From sequence record PV340856.1: a stretch of 64,000 nt of DNA; one strand, written 5' to 3'. Positions 17,361 to 27,448 of this stretch are shown one piece after another. How positions within the stretch are numbered: position 1 is the stretch's first letter; each line of letters starts with the position of its first letter. The notes beneath the pieces were generated by a model that did no database searches, was not told the origin of the DNA, and worked only from the letters and a program-made list of their open reading frames with translations. The position numbers and the translations under genes are program-made.

Positions 17361-19858
17361 GGTTCTACACTAACGTTTTCCAAATTGGTAATGACATTTT
17401 GATCCGTGGATATGAGAATGGGAAACACTTTAGTGATCGACAGAAGTTTCAACCAACACTGTATGTTCCCACAAAAAGAAAGTCTAAGTGGCGAACTCTG
17501 GACAACATTCCAGTAGAACCAGTTCAACCTGGAACAATTAAAGACTGCAGAGAATTCATTGACAAGTATAGTTCTGTCAATGGATTTGCTGTCTTTGGGA
17601 ACGAACGATATGTCCACCAATACATCTCTGAGATGTATCCTGAAGATGAAATTAAGTTTGATATCAGTAAAATCAAACTAATTACGATTGATATTGAGGT
17701 TGCTGCAGAGAGCGGATTCCCAGATCCGTTTAACTGTGCAGAAGAACTTCTACTCATTACTATTCAGGACTACAATACCAAGAAAGTTATTACTTTTGGG
17801 TCAAGACCTTACGCTAATCAAGACAGACCTAACTTTAAGTATGTTCAATGTCACGATGAAGAGGATCTGATCAGCAGGTTCTTGGCTTGGTGGCAAGAAA
17901 ATACCCCAGAAGTTATCACTGGATGGAACTGTGAGTTTTACGACATTCCATATTTGACTGGTCGCATCGAAAGAATCATGGGTGAGAAAACCATGAAGAA
18001 GATGTCTCCCTGGAATATTCTCCGTCGTAACGAAATTGTCATTGCTGGTCGCAAGAATATCTCTTGTGATGTTGCGGGTATCTCAGTAATCGATTACCTA
18101 GATCTTTATAAGAAGTCTCCTGGCACCCCTAACCAGGAGAGTTATCGACTGGATCATATTGCCTCACAAGAACTAGGACAGAAGAAATTGGACCACTCGG
18201 AGTTTGATACCTTCCGAGAGTTCTATACTAAAGCCTGGGACAAGTTTGTTGACTATAACATTGTTGACGTGGAACTGGTGGATAAACTTGAGGATAAGTT
18301 GAAACTTATTGACTTGTGTCTTACCCGTGCATATGACGCTAAGGTCAACTTTAGCGATATTGCATATCAGGTTCGCACCTGGGACGCAATCATTTACAAC
18401 TATCTCAAGAAACAAAACATTGTTATTCCACAAAAGGAGAGGAATCAGAAAGATGAAAAATATGCTGGTGCTTATGTTAAAGAACCTAAGCCTGGAGTTT
18501 ATGAATGGGTGGTCAATTTTGACCTCAACTCCCTATACCCTCACCTCATTATGCAGTACAACATCTCGCCAGAGACGCTACTGGATAAGAAACACCCATC
18601 AGCAACTGTAGATAAACTTCTGAACCAGGATATTACATTTGAAATGTATTCTGACTATGCAGTATGTGCCAATGGTGCAATGTATAGGAAAGACAAGAAA
18701 GGTTTTCTCCCAGAATTGATGGAGAAGATGTATAACGAACGTGTCATCTTCAAGAAGAAGATGATTCAAGCGAAGAAAGATTATGAGAAGACGCCTACTA
18801 AAGCACTTGAAAAGGAAATCGCTCGTTGCAATAACATTCAGATGGCGAAAAAGATTGCTCTTAACTCTGCTTATGGCGCAATCGGTAATCAGTATTTCCG
18901 ATATTATAAACTAGCTAATGCAGAGGCAATCACATTGTCTGGACAGGTCTCCATCCGATGGATTGAGAACAAGATGAATTCATATATGAATCGTGTATTG
19001 AAAACAAAGGATGTAGATTATGTTATTGCTTCTGATACTGACTCTATCTACCTTAATATGGGTCCTCTGGTTGAAAATGTATACCAGGGAAGAGAGAAAA
19101 CTACTGAAAGCATTGTCAAGTTCCTTGATAAGGTGTGTGAAGTGGAACTTGAGCCGTATATTGACAGTTCTTACCAAGAACTCGCGGACTACGTGAACGC
19201 ATACGATCAGAAGATGTTCATGAAACGAGAGAACATTGCTGATCGTGGTATCTGGACTGCTAAGAAGAGATACATTCTCAATGTATGGGACAGTGAGGGT
19301 GTTCGATATAAAGAACCCAAACTGAAGATTATGGGTATTGAAGCCATTAAGACTTCTACTCCTGCTCCTTGCCGTAAGATGATTAAGGATGGTCTGAAGT
19401 TGATGATGAGTGCAACTGAAGATGAGATGATTGACTTCATCGAAAAGTCTCGTAAAGAGTTTCATGATCTCCCCCCATCAGATATTGCTTTCCCTCGAAG
19501 TGTTTCTGATATTAATAAGTGGAAGTCATCTTCGGATTTATATTCAAAGGGTACGCCTATCCATGTTCGTGGAGCCATTCTTTACAATCACTATGTGAAA
19601 CAAAAGAAACTTTCGGATAAGTATCAGGACATTCAAAGCGGAGAGAAGATCAAGTTTGTTTATCTCAAAACTCCTAATCCTATTCATGAAAATGTGATGT
19701 CTTTTATCCAAGATTTCCCTTCCGAGTTTGACCTAGATAAGTATGTTGACTATGAACTTCAGTTCAGCAAATCTTTCATTGAACCCATCAAAGTGATCCT
19801 TGATTGTATTGGTTGGGAAGTTGAAAGGCGAAATACTTTAGAGGCATTTTTTTCATGA
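17357..19858 (+). CDS. gp43: Family B DNA polymerase gp43
   Basis: DIE exonuclease I, DLNSLYP, KIALNSAYG, SDTDS, KKRY; uninterrupted ORF. Confidence 0.98.
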   Translation: MRFYTNVFQIGNDILIRGYENGKHFSDRQKFQPTLYVPTKRKSKWRTLDNIPVEPVQPGTIKDCREFIDKYSSVNGFAVFGNERYVHQYISEMYPEDEIKFDISKIKLITIDIEVAAESGFPDPFNCAEELLLITIQDYNTKKVITFGSRPYANQDRPNFKYVQCHDEEDLISRFLAWWQENTPEVITGWNCEFYDIPYLTGRIERIMGEKTMKKMSPWNILRRNEIVIAGRKNISCDVAGISVIDYLDLYKKSPGTPNQESYRLDHIASQELGQKKLDHSEFDTFREFYTKAWDKFVDYNIVDVELVDKLEDKLKLIDLCLTRAYDAKVNFSDIAYQVRTWDAIIYNYLKKQNIVIPQKERNQKDEKYAGAYVKEPKPGVYEWVVNFDLNSLYPHLIMQYNISPETLLDKKHPSATVDKLLNQDITFEMYSDYAVCANGAMYRKDKKGFLPELMEKMYNERVIFKKKMIQAKKDYEKTPTKALEKEIARCNNIQMAKKIALNSAYGAIGNQYFRYYKLANAEAITLSGQVSIRWIENKMNSYMNRVLKTKDVDYVIASDTDSIYLNMGPLVENVYQGREKTTESIVKFLDKVCEVELEPYIDSSYQELADYVNAYDQKMFMKRENIADRGIWTAKKRYILNVWDSEGVRYKEPKLKIMGIEAIKTSTPAPCRKMIKDGLKLMMSATEDEMIDFIEKSRKEFHDLPPSDIAFPRSVSDINKWKSSSDLYSKGTPIHVRGAILYNHYVKQKKLSDKYQDIQSGEKIKFVYLKTPNPIHENVMSFIQDFPSEFDLDKYVDYELQFSKSFIEPIKVILDCIGWEVERRNTLEAFFS

Positions 19859-20313
19859 AGAGAATTATTACTTTAGTCACTGGTGGATTTGACCCCATTC
19901 ACAGTGGACATATTGCATACTTTAAGAAAGCCAGAGAACTCACCAACTATCTGGTAGTGGGTCTGAATACAAACGATTGGCTAAAGGATAAGAAAGGACA
20001 GTACTTTCAAGATTGGAAAGAACGTGCAGAGATCATTAGGCATTTGGAAATGGTTGATGCTGTGATTACGGTTCCATATGATGAGAAGGGATCTGCATGT
20101 GGAGCCATTGAGACTTGTCTGGGAATTGCACAGACAGTAGTCTTTGCCAATGGTGGTGATCGCGGAAAGGATAATACTCCAGAAGTTGATATGTATGGAG
20201 ATAATCCTAGAGTTGAATTTGAATATGGTACTGGAGGAACTGATAAACTGAATAGTAGTTCTTGGTTACTTCACGATTACTTTAATAGACAGAGAAAAAT
20301 TCTTGGTATATGA
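19855..20313 (+). CDS. Cytidylyltransferase-family protein (HIGH motif)
   Basis: GGFDPIHSGH, NGGDR, KLNSSS. Confidence 0.85.
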   Translation: MKRIITLVTGGFDPIHSGHIAYFKKARELTNYLVVGLNTNDWLKDKKGQYFQDWKERAEIIRHLEMVDAVITVPYDEKGSACGAIETCLGIAQTVVFANGGDRGKDNTPEVDMYGDNPRVEFEYGTGGTDKLNSSSWLLHDYFNRQRKILGI

Positions 20314-20945
20314 AAGAAATTGAATGGGATCCTTTTGAGCTTCCTAACCTTCCAATATACAAAACAAAATTGCCAGAGAATGTAATGGACTATCTCTGGC
20401 AAAGGATAGACATTGCAAAAAAAGAAAATAAAAAAGTTACCAATAAACTTGCAGGCAATATTTCATCAAGTTTAGAACTTACGGATGACGGATTTTTTGT
20501 CAATAATGTTCTGATTCCTATTTCTAAACATATGGTAGATTCCAATCTATCTGCATTTGGACCACAATTACATCGTGATGCTCCCCCATCTACTCTTGAC
20601 ATGACATGGTGGGTTAACTTCCAAAAACAAATGGAGTTTAATCCTATTCATACTCACGCAGGAATTTTGTCATTTGTAATCTGGATGCAAATTCCTACTG
20701 ATTATAGAGAACAACATAAACTTCCCTTTTGTGAGGGAAGCAATGGTCCAGCAGCATCAGATTTTCAGTTTACATATGCTGATATTCTTGGTAATATACA
20801 AACATATCCTATTTTAATGGATAAAGAGTCGGAGGGATGTATGTTTATTTTTCCAGCACACCTTGGACACTCTGTGCATCCTTTTTATAATTGTGATGAT
20901 GAGAGGATTTCCATCGCTGGTAACATTCTTTGGACCGTAAAATGA
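20310..20945 (+). CDS. 2OG-Fe(II) oxygenase-like protein
   Basis: NPIHTH..HSV..RISIAGN. Confidence 0.8.
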   Translation: MKEIEWDPFELPNLPIYKTKLPENVMDYLWQRIDIAKKENKKVTNKLAGNISSSLELTDDGFFVNNVLIPISKHMVDSNLSAFGPQLHRDAPPSTLDMTWWVNFQKQMEFNPIHTHAGILSFVIWMQIPTDYREQHKLPFCEGSNGPAASDFQFTYADILGNIQTYPILMDKESEGCMFIFPAHLGHSVHPFYNCDDERISIAGNILWTVK

Positions 20946-21577
20946 TGCATTTTCAATACCAACTATTGAATCCTTTCGGACCCAACATTTTAAAAGCTAA
21001 ATGTCCTCAGTCTATACTTAATGAGGTCAATAAATTTATTGATGGTCCTGAATCTAGATCAGTATCACAAGATCTTCTGGATAGAGATATTGATGTTGTA
21101 TATTTAACTGAAGAGTTCTGCGAATCCATTCAGTTGAAAACGTTTGTTGAAGATCTGGGTCAATTTTACAATGAACAATTTCCATCTAATATCGATAAAC
21201 TTTGCCTCTCATTGGTTCCACCAAATGATGATCGATTTGATGGGAAAACAATTATGGCAGATGCCTGGGTAAATAGATACCGATCAGGCAACTTTACTCC
21301 AGTTCATATACATGCAGCGGACTTATCTGGTATAATACTACTAGAAGTACCTGAGGATCCCTCGGAGCTTTGTTTCATGCATGGACATTACTTACCTTGG
21401 ACTTCAGCTGAGTGGGTGCCAAAACAAGAGGTTGGAGATGTAATTCTTTTTCCTAGTTGGCTTCAACATATGGTATTCCCACAAAAACATAATAACGAGA
21501 GGAGAACTCTAAGTTTCAATCTCATTGATGAACAAAATTATTCTGAACGCAAATGGATTTTCTCAAAGACATCGTAA
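20942..21577 (+). CDS. 2OG-Fe(II) oxygenase-like protein
   Basis: PVHIH..LFPSWLQHMV..RRTLSFN; ATGA overlap with upstream gene. Confidence 0.8.
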   Translation: MMHFQYQLLNPFGPNILKAKCPQSILNEVNKFIDGPESRSVSQDLLDRDIDVVYLTEEFCESIQLKTFVEDLGQFYNEQFPSNIDKLCLSLVPPNDDRFDGKTIMADAWVNRYRSGNFTPVHIHAADLSGIILLEVPEDPSELCFMHGHYLPWTSAEWVPKQEVGDVILFPSWLQHMVFPQKHNNERRTLSFNLIDEQNYSERKWIFSKTS

Positions 21578-22554
21578 AAGAAATCGGAGATGACTACACC
21601 AAACTCGCCGCAGATATTGATGATACTGAAGAGTTTGTTGATACGGGCTCGTACATTTTTAACGGACTTGTTTCAGGTAGTATTTTTGGTGGTGTATCTA
21701 GGAACAAGATTACTGCCATTGCTGGCGAGTCTTCTACTGGCAAAACTTTCTTCAGCCTCGCTGTTGTTAAAAATTTCCTTGATAGCAATCCCGATGGTTA
21801 TTGTCTATATTTTGACACTGAAGCCGCTGTTACGAAGTCTCTTCTTGCAGATCGGGGCGTAGATCTTAAACGTGTAGTTGTTGTCAATGTTGTAACTATT
21901 GAAGAGTTTAGGTCTAAAGCTCTAAAGGCTGTAGATATATATTTAAAAAAATCAGAGGAAGATCGCAAACCGTGCATGTTTGTGTTAGACTCCTTAGGAA
22001 TGCTTTCCACCGAAAAGGAGATCACTGACGCACTGAACGATAAACAAGTTCGTGACATGACTAAATCCCAACTGGTCAAAGGTGCTTTCAGAATGCTCAC
22101 TCTCAAGTTGGGTCAAGCAAACATTCCAATGATTGTTACTAATCATACCTACGATGTTATCGGTTCTTATGTGCCTACAAAAGAAATGGGAGGAGGCAGT
22201 GGCCTCAAGTATGCAGCGAGTTCAATCATCTATCTCAGCAAGAAGAAAGAGAAAGATGGAACAGAAGTCGTCGGAAATCTTATCAAGGCAAAGACTGCTA
22301 AGTCGCGTTTGAGTAAAGAAAATAAAGAAGTTACTGTACGTCTCTACTATGATGAACGTGGATTAGACAAGTATTATGGTCTCTTGGAACTTGGCGAACT
22401 TGGTGGACTTTGGAAGAATGTAGCAGGTCGTTATGAGATCGATGGGAAAAAAATCTACGCAAAACAAATCCTGGCATCGCCCGAGGAATACTTTACCGAT
22501 GATGTTATGGAAAAACTTGATGCGATTGCGAGAGAAACCTTTGCATATGGATGA
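21553..22554 (+). CDS. uvsX: RecA-like recombinase UvsX
   Basis: GESSTGKT, VLDSLG, NHTY, GGGSGLKY. Confidence 0.95.
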   Translation: MDFLKDIVKEIGDDYTKLAADIDDTEEFVDTGSYIFNGLVSGSIFGGVSRNKITAIAGESSTGKTFFSLAVVKNFLDSNPDGYCLYFDTEAAVTKSLLADRGVDLKRVVVVNVVTIEEFRSKALKAVDIYLKKSEEDRKPCMFVLDSLGMLSTEKEITDALNDKQVRDMTKSQLVKGAFRMLTLKLGQANIPMIVTNHTYDVIGSYVPTKEMGGGSGLKYAASSIIYLSKKKEKDGTEVVGNLIKAKTAKSRLSKENKEVTVRLYYDERGLDKYYGLLELGELGGLWKNVAGRYEIDGKKIYAKQILASPEEYFTDDVMEKLDAIARETFAYG

Positions 22555-23092
22555 GTTTATCAAACAATGTGAAACTTTTGACTCGGTAACTTGCCAATCA
22601 CTTATTGATATTTTTGAACAATCTGAAAATAAAGAACGCATTGAAAATTTTGGAAGACCTAATTTCACACAAGTAAACTTAAATGCAGAAAAAAAATATA
22701 AAAAATTTGTTCAAATTCTTTGTTATAAATTTATAGAAATTCTTCGATCTTATAAAGAAGGAATTGGAGAGTGTGGGGAATGGTTTCCACACAAAACTTT
22801 TTTTGAAGAATTTAGAATCAAAAAGTATGAGCCTGATTCGGACGATATGTTTGATTTACATGTCGATGTACAGGATCATGATACATCAAAAAGATATCTC
22901 GCTTTTCTCTGTTATCTCAATGATGATTTTTTCGGTGGAGAAACAGATTTTCCTTACCATAAATTGACAGTCAGACCAAAGACTGGTACAGTGTTGGTAT
23001 TCCCCCCAACATGGCAGTACCCACACAGAGGTTTACCTGTAAAAGAAGGTAAACCAAAATATATTATGAGCACGTATCTTCACTATAATTGA
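22547..23092 (+). CDS. 2OG-Fe(II) oxygenase (prolyl-hydroxylase-like)
   Basis: HVD..YLND..GGET..HRG..KYI; ATG at 22547. Confidence 0.85.
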   Translation: MDEFIKQCETFDSVTCQSLIDIFEQSENKERIENFGRPNFTQVNLNAEKKYKKFVQILCYKFIEILRSYKEGIGECGEWFPHKTFFEEFRIKKYEPDSDDMFDLHVDVQDHDTSKRYLAFLCYLNDDFFGGETDFPYHKLTVRPKTGTVLVFPPTWQYPHRGLPVKEGKPKYIMSTYLHYN

Positions 23093-24471
23093 TGGAAACG
23101 ATTGAAAAGACAATCCTTAAGAATCTAATTCTTAATGAAGACTATACTAGAAAGGTGCTTCCTTTTATCAAGAAGGATTACTTTGATAGTGTACATGAGA
23201 AAGTAATCTTCGAGGAATCTGAAAGATTCATTAGTGAGTATAATAAGTGTCCTACAGTAGAGATTCTTAATATCGAATGTGAGAAACGATCTGATATCAA
23301 TCAAGAAACGTTTCAAACTGTTGTTTCTGCTCTTTCTGAGTTTGATACCGATCGTTCAAACGAAGAGTGGTTGACTGATGTTACGGAGAAGTGGTGTAGG
23401 GATAGAGCAATTTATCTCGCCCTGGTTGAGAGTATTGGTATTGCGGATGGAAATAATGAAAAGAAAAATATTGATGCAATCCCATCTATTCTTTCAGATG
23501 CACTAGCTGTAAGTTTCGACAATCATGTTGGTCATGACTATCTGCAAGACTTTTCTGAACGATTTGATTTCTATCATCAAAAAGAAGAAAGAATACCTTT
23601 TGATCTTGACTTCTTCAATAAGATTACGAAAGGTGGTTTGGTTAATAAGAGTCTTAATATCGCTCTGGCTGGCACAGGTGTCGGTAAGTCTCTTTTCATG
23701 TGTCACATGGCTTCTTCCGTTCTCCTCAGAGGAAGTAACGTACTCTATATTACGCTTGAGATGGCTGAGGAAAAAATTGCAGAGAGAATCGACGCGAATC
23801 TCCTCAACATCCCAATCCAACAATTGACTGATTTGCCTAGGTCAATGTTTGAAAACAAAGTATCTAAGCTTGCGGAAAAAACTCAGGGGTCTCTTATAAT
23901 TAAAGAGTATCCTACCGCAAGTGCTCACGTTGGACACTTTAGATCACTTCTTAATGAACTTGCACTTAAGAAGTCATTTAGACCTGATATTATTTTCGTT
24001 GATTACCTTAATATATGTGCTTCCGAAAGGTATCGCGGAAACAGCACTGTCAATTCATATTCTTATATTAAGGCTATTGCAGAAGAACTTAGAGGATTGG
24101 CTTGCGAAGCCAAGGTCCCTATCGTATCTGCCACCCAGACCACTCGTTCTGGTTATGGTAGCTCTGATGTTGAGCTTACTGATACAAGTGAGTCCTTTGG
24201 TCTCCCTGCTACTGCTGATCTTATGTTTGCCCTTATCTCTACTGAGGAGCTTGAAGAACTTGGACAGATTATGGTGAAACAATTGAAGAACCGATACAAT
24301 GATCCTACAGTAAATAAAAGGTTTGTGGTTGGTATCGACCGTGCTAAGATGCGTCTTTATGATTGCGAACAATCTGCACAGGATGATATTCTTGACTCTG
24401 GACAAGAAGAAGAGTATACTCATGAAGAGACTAAAAAATCTAAAGACAAATTTTCTGCTCTAAATTTTTAA
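23089..24471 (+). CDS. gp41: Replicative helicase gp41 (DnaB-like)
   Basis: AGTGVGKS, ITLEM, VDYLN, ATQTTRSG, SESFGLPATAD, KNRY. Confidence 0.96.
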   Translation: MMETIEKTILKNLILNEDYTRKVLPFIKKDYFDSVHEKVIFEESERFISEYNKCPTVEILNIECEKRSDINQETFQTVVSALSEFDTDRSNEEWLTDVTEKWCRDRAIYLALVESIGIADGNNEKKNIDAIPSILSDALAVSFDNHVGHDYLQDFSERFDFYHQKEERIPFDLDFFNKITKGGLVNKSLNIALAGTGVGKSLFMCHMASSVLLRGSNVLYITLEMAEEKIAERIDANLLNIPIQQLTDLPRSMFENKVSKLAEKTQGSLIIKEYPTASAHVGHFRSLLNELALKKSFRPDIIFVDYLNICASERYRGNSTVNSYSYIKAIAEELRGLACEAKVPIVSATQTTRSGYGSSDVELTDTSESFGLPATADLMFALISTEELEELGQIMVKQLKNRYNDPTVNKRFVVGIDRAKMRLYDCEQSAQDDILDSGQEEEYTHEETKKSKDKFSALNF

Positions 24472-24935
24472 TGACTATTTCAATTAACAAAGAACAAACA
24501 TCAGAAGGAACTAAATTTACAATGTCGAAGGATAAAGTAGACACTCAAAAATACGTGGAGTTTGTTGATGCCGTCACGTCAAATGAAAGTAAAAACTATT
24601 ACGATTTCGCACAACGGATTGCGACTCTCCAAGAACAAGGTTTTCCTACCGAGCGACTGCTTACTGCTGCTGTAGGAATGTCTGCAGAAGCAGGTGAGTT
24701 TACTGAGATTATTAAAAAGATTATCTTTCAAGGCAAACCAGTCAATGAAGAAAATCTGTTCCACCTGAAACGTGAACTGGGTGATATTATGTGGTATGTT
24801 GCTCAGGCATGTATTGGTCTTGATATTTCTCTTGATGAAGTCATGGAGATGAATGTTGAGAAATTAGTTGCTCGTTATCCTGGTGGTAACTTTGATGTTC
24901 ACTATTCTGAAAACCGTAAGGAGGGAGACCTGTGA
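24471..24935 (+). CDS. mazG: Nucleotide pyrophosphohydrolase MazG
   Basis: GMSAEAGEF..ELGDIMWY..NVEKL.RYP. Confidence 0.92.
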   Translation: MTISINKEQTSEGTKFTMSKDKVDTQKYVEFVDAVTSNESKNYYDFAQRIATLQEQGFPTERLLTAAVGMSAEAGEFTEIIKKIIFQGKPVNEENLFHLKRELGDIMWYVAQACIGLDISLDEVMEMNVEKLVARYPGGNFDVHYSENRKEGDL

Positions 24936-25186
24936 TTGGTAAACTTGAGCCCGAAGAAAGAGTTATGGATGGATCAGTAAGTTATCCTGGTAGTATGCTT
25001 GGACAACTTGCCATTGCCCTTGACAAGCTGGAATGGGATGGCGGTGATGATGTTGTTGTGGAAATTGCTGGCAGTCAAATCTATGAGATTGAAGGTGCAG
25101 GCACTAAGTGGGCACCACTCAAAGGAACTCGCAAGTATAACAAAGATGCATTTATTGTAATTAAAAACAGATCACGAAATGTATAG
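24932..25186 (+). CDS. Conserved hypothetical protein
   Basis: GTKWAPLKGTRKYNKDAFIVIKN; GTGA overlap with mazG. Confidence 0.7.
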   Translation: MIGKLEPEERVMDGSVSYPGSMLGQLAIALDKLEWDGGDDVVVEIAGSQIYEIEGAGTKWAPLKGTRKYNKDAFIVIKNRSRNV

Positions 25187-25379
25187 TCTCTGGATTCACC
25201 TGGTAGCATTCTTCCAAGTTGTCGTGATGAATTGTGTTCAACCAGTCAACTGGAAGTATTGTTACCGTGTGGATCAGTGGTTGTTTCCTGAAGTGGTTGA
25301 GGGGTATCAATTATGGACGGGACAAAAAAAGATCTATCAAAACGAGAAGGACTATCTAAATAGGGTTGTAGAACCATGA
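25179..25379 (+). CDS. Conserved hypothetical protein
   Basis: MYSLWIHLVAFFQVVVMNCVQPVNWKYCYRVDQW. Confidence 0.65.
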   Translation: MYSLWIHLVAFFQVVVMNCVQPVNWKYCYRVDQWLFPEVVEGYQLWTGQKKIYQNEKDYLNRVVEP

Positions 25380-25385
25380 CCCTAT

Positions 25386-26102
25386 ATGGCAGGAACTCTA
25401 GCAGAAAGACAAGAAACTGGTCTTGTAGATGCAATCAATTTCTTCTCTGAGAAAAAAGGAGGCAAACCCTTCACTCTGCAGGCTGGTTCAACTAGATTAA
25501 ATAATGTTCTTTCTGCTAATAAAGTAATGGGCAGATCTGCATCTGGTGATGAACCGTATACTGATGTAGAAATTAAAACCATAAACAGAATTTATAAACT
25601 GTCGATGAAAGGTCCCAGTGCTCCTAGTATGGCAGGTGGGGGACTAAACGGACTTGAAAAAATTGTACCTGGATTTAGTGGTAGATTTATTCGGGCAGCA
25701 TATGAAAAGTATTTGCAACTTGGATATACACAGGGACAACAGATTCCTGATATGTATGGTCAGATTGGTTCTGAATTGAAGGAGACTATTGTTCTCGGAA
25801 CACAAGCAATGGGAGGTCCAATTACCCATATGTATATCGGACCTATGGATGTTCATTCCACATCTAGTGGCAATGTTTTAACAGTGAATGGTAGACTTCA
25901 TGATGCAAAGAAGTATGCAAGAGAACATGATCTTTATTTGCGACTTAGGAAAAGAAGAGCTGATCAACCCTTCGAGACAAATGAAAAGGATAAGAAAGGT
26001 CTTCCTTTGATTCTTGGTAAGTCTCCTAGTGCTGGTGATAAGGGTAGAAGAATTGTGATTGTGGCTAAACCACCATCAAATGCCATAGTGGTAACCTTTT
26101 AA
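25386..26102 (+). CDS. Putative PD-(D/E)XK-fold nuclease
   Basis: PYTDVEI..KLSMK pattern; late promoter CTAAATA at 25356. Confidence 0.5.
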   Translation: MAGTLAERQETGLVDAINFFSEKKGGKPFTLQAGSTRLNNVLSANKVMGRSASGDEPYTDVEIKTINRIYKLSMKGPSAPSMAGGGLNGLEKIVPGFSGRFIRAAYEKYLQLGYTQGQQIPDMYGQIGSELKETIVLGTQAMGGPITHMYIGPMDVHSTSSGNVLTVNGRLHDAKKYAREHDLYLRLRKRRADQPFETNEKDKKGLPLILGKSPSAGDKGRRIVIVAKPPSNAIVVTF

Positions 26103-26131
26103 TAAATATAAGAAAGGGCAGAATTCTTGTA

Positions 26132-27421
26132 GTGAAAAGTTTCTTAGAATTTATTACTGAAGCCGTCAAGACCAATGCTTCCATTCAAGCCAAACAAAAA
26201 GGTTTGACTGGTGATGGTCATGGCGGGTGGTATGATAAAAATGGAAAGTTTGTAGCAAAGACAGTTAATGGTAAGCTAAAATTCACAGGTTCTAAGGAGA
26301 CTGGGAAGGATGATGCACCAAAACAAGGCGGTTCATCTAAGCCTAATGTACCAGGGAAGACTGCGACTCCAGTTGATACATCCCCAAAACCTGCTGCCCA
26401 GACAAGTCAGAAAACCGACCAAGAAGATAGTACGAAAACGGCGACATCACCCGAAGAACAATCTCTAGAAACGATGGGGGATCCATCAAGTGATAGTGCT
26501 GTAATCGTCTTTGGTAGATTCAACCCACCAACTATTGGTCACGAAAAACTTCTGAAATCTGCATCTAGTGAAGCGAAGAGAACTAGAGCGGATCTAAGAA
26601 TTTATCCAAGTCGTACACAGGATGCTAAGAAGAATCCTCTGGAACCTGCAACTAAGATTGAATATATGAGGATGATGTTCCCTGATTACGAGGATGAAAT
26701 TAGGGATGATCCAGAAGCAAAAACAATCTTCAATGTATTACAGTCTTGTTACGGTCTTGGTTATAGAGGAGTAACTATTGTCGTGGGTCAGGACAGACTC
26801 GCTGAGTTCCAAAGTCTTGCTCAGAAATATAATGGGGATCTCTATGAGTTTGATGAGATCAAAGTTATCTCTGCTGGCGCAAGAGATGCAGACTCTGATG
26901 GTGTGGAAGGTATGTCCGCATCTAAGATGAGAAAGGCTGCCAAGGATGGAGATTTCAAAGGTTTTGTGAAAGGTATTCCAAATACTTTGGGAAATATGGA
27001 TAAGAAACAGTTGTTCAATACCCTACAGAAGAGTATGGGTGCATCTGTTACTGAAGATTGGGAAGTTGCTCCTAAGTTAGACCCAGAGGGGTTGAGAGTT
27101 GCTTATATGAAAAATGAAGTATTTGATTTGGGTTCACTGGTAGAAAATGTTAATACTGGAGAAGTTGGTAGAATCACAAGACGTGGTACAAATTATGTGA
27201 TTTGTATGACTAAAGAAGGCACAATCTTCAAGTCTTGGTTAAGAGATATTATGGAAGCATATGAGGTTGGAACAGATGATTATCGAGAGTATGTTCAGTC
27301 AATGACACCAGGACAATCCAAAAAGAAGTTTGGTTTTTTCAAAGGCAGAATTAAACCAACAGTTCGTCCATTAAAACCAAATGATCCTCCTTCAGGTCCA
27401 GGCACAAAATACAATAAATAA
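26132..27421 (+). CDS. Late nucleotidyltransferase-like protein (cytidyltransferase family)
   Basis: FGRFNPPTIGHEKL, VVGQDR, MSASKMR; ATAAATA at 26102. Confidence 0.8.
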   Translation: MKSFLEFITEAVKTNASIQAKQKGLTGDGHGGWYDKNGKFVAKTVNGKLKFTGSKETGKDDAPKQGGSSKPNVPGKTATPVDTSPKPAAQTSQKTDQEDSTKTATSPEEQSLETMGDPSSDSAVIVFGRFNPPTIGHEKLLKSASSEAKRTRADLRIYPSRTQDAKKNPLEPATKIEYMRMMFPDYEDEIRDDPEAKTIFNVLQSCYGLGYRGVTIVVGQDRLAEFQSLAQKYNGDLYEFDEIKVISAGARDADSDGVEGMSASKMRKAAKDGDFKGFVKGIPNTLGNMDKKQLFNTLQKSMGASVTEDWEVAPKLDPEGLRVAYMKNEVFDLGSLVENVNTGEVGRITRRGTNYVICMTKEGTIFKSWLRDIMEAYEVGTDDYREYVQSMTPGQSKKKFGFFKGRIKPTVRPLKPNDPPSGPGTKYNK

Positions 27422-27448
27422 CTTTGATAAGGTCTTTCTTTCAGAGCT

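Noticed and set aside
17357-19858. Possible intein or intron in gp43 (also checked nrdA/nrdB)
   Set aside because: Lengths and motifs are normal and uninterrupted; no splice motifs seen
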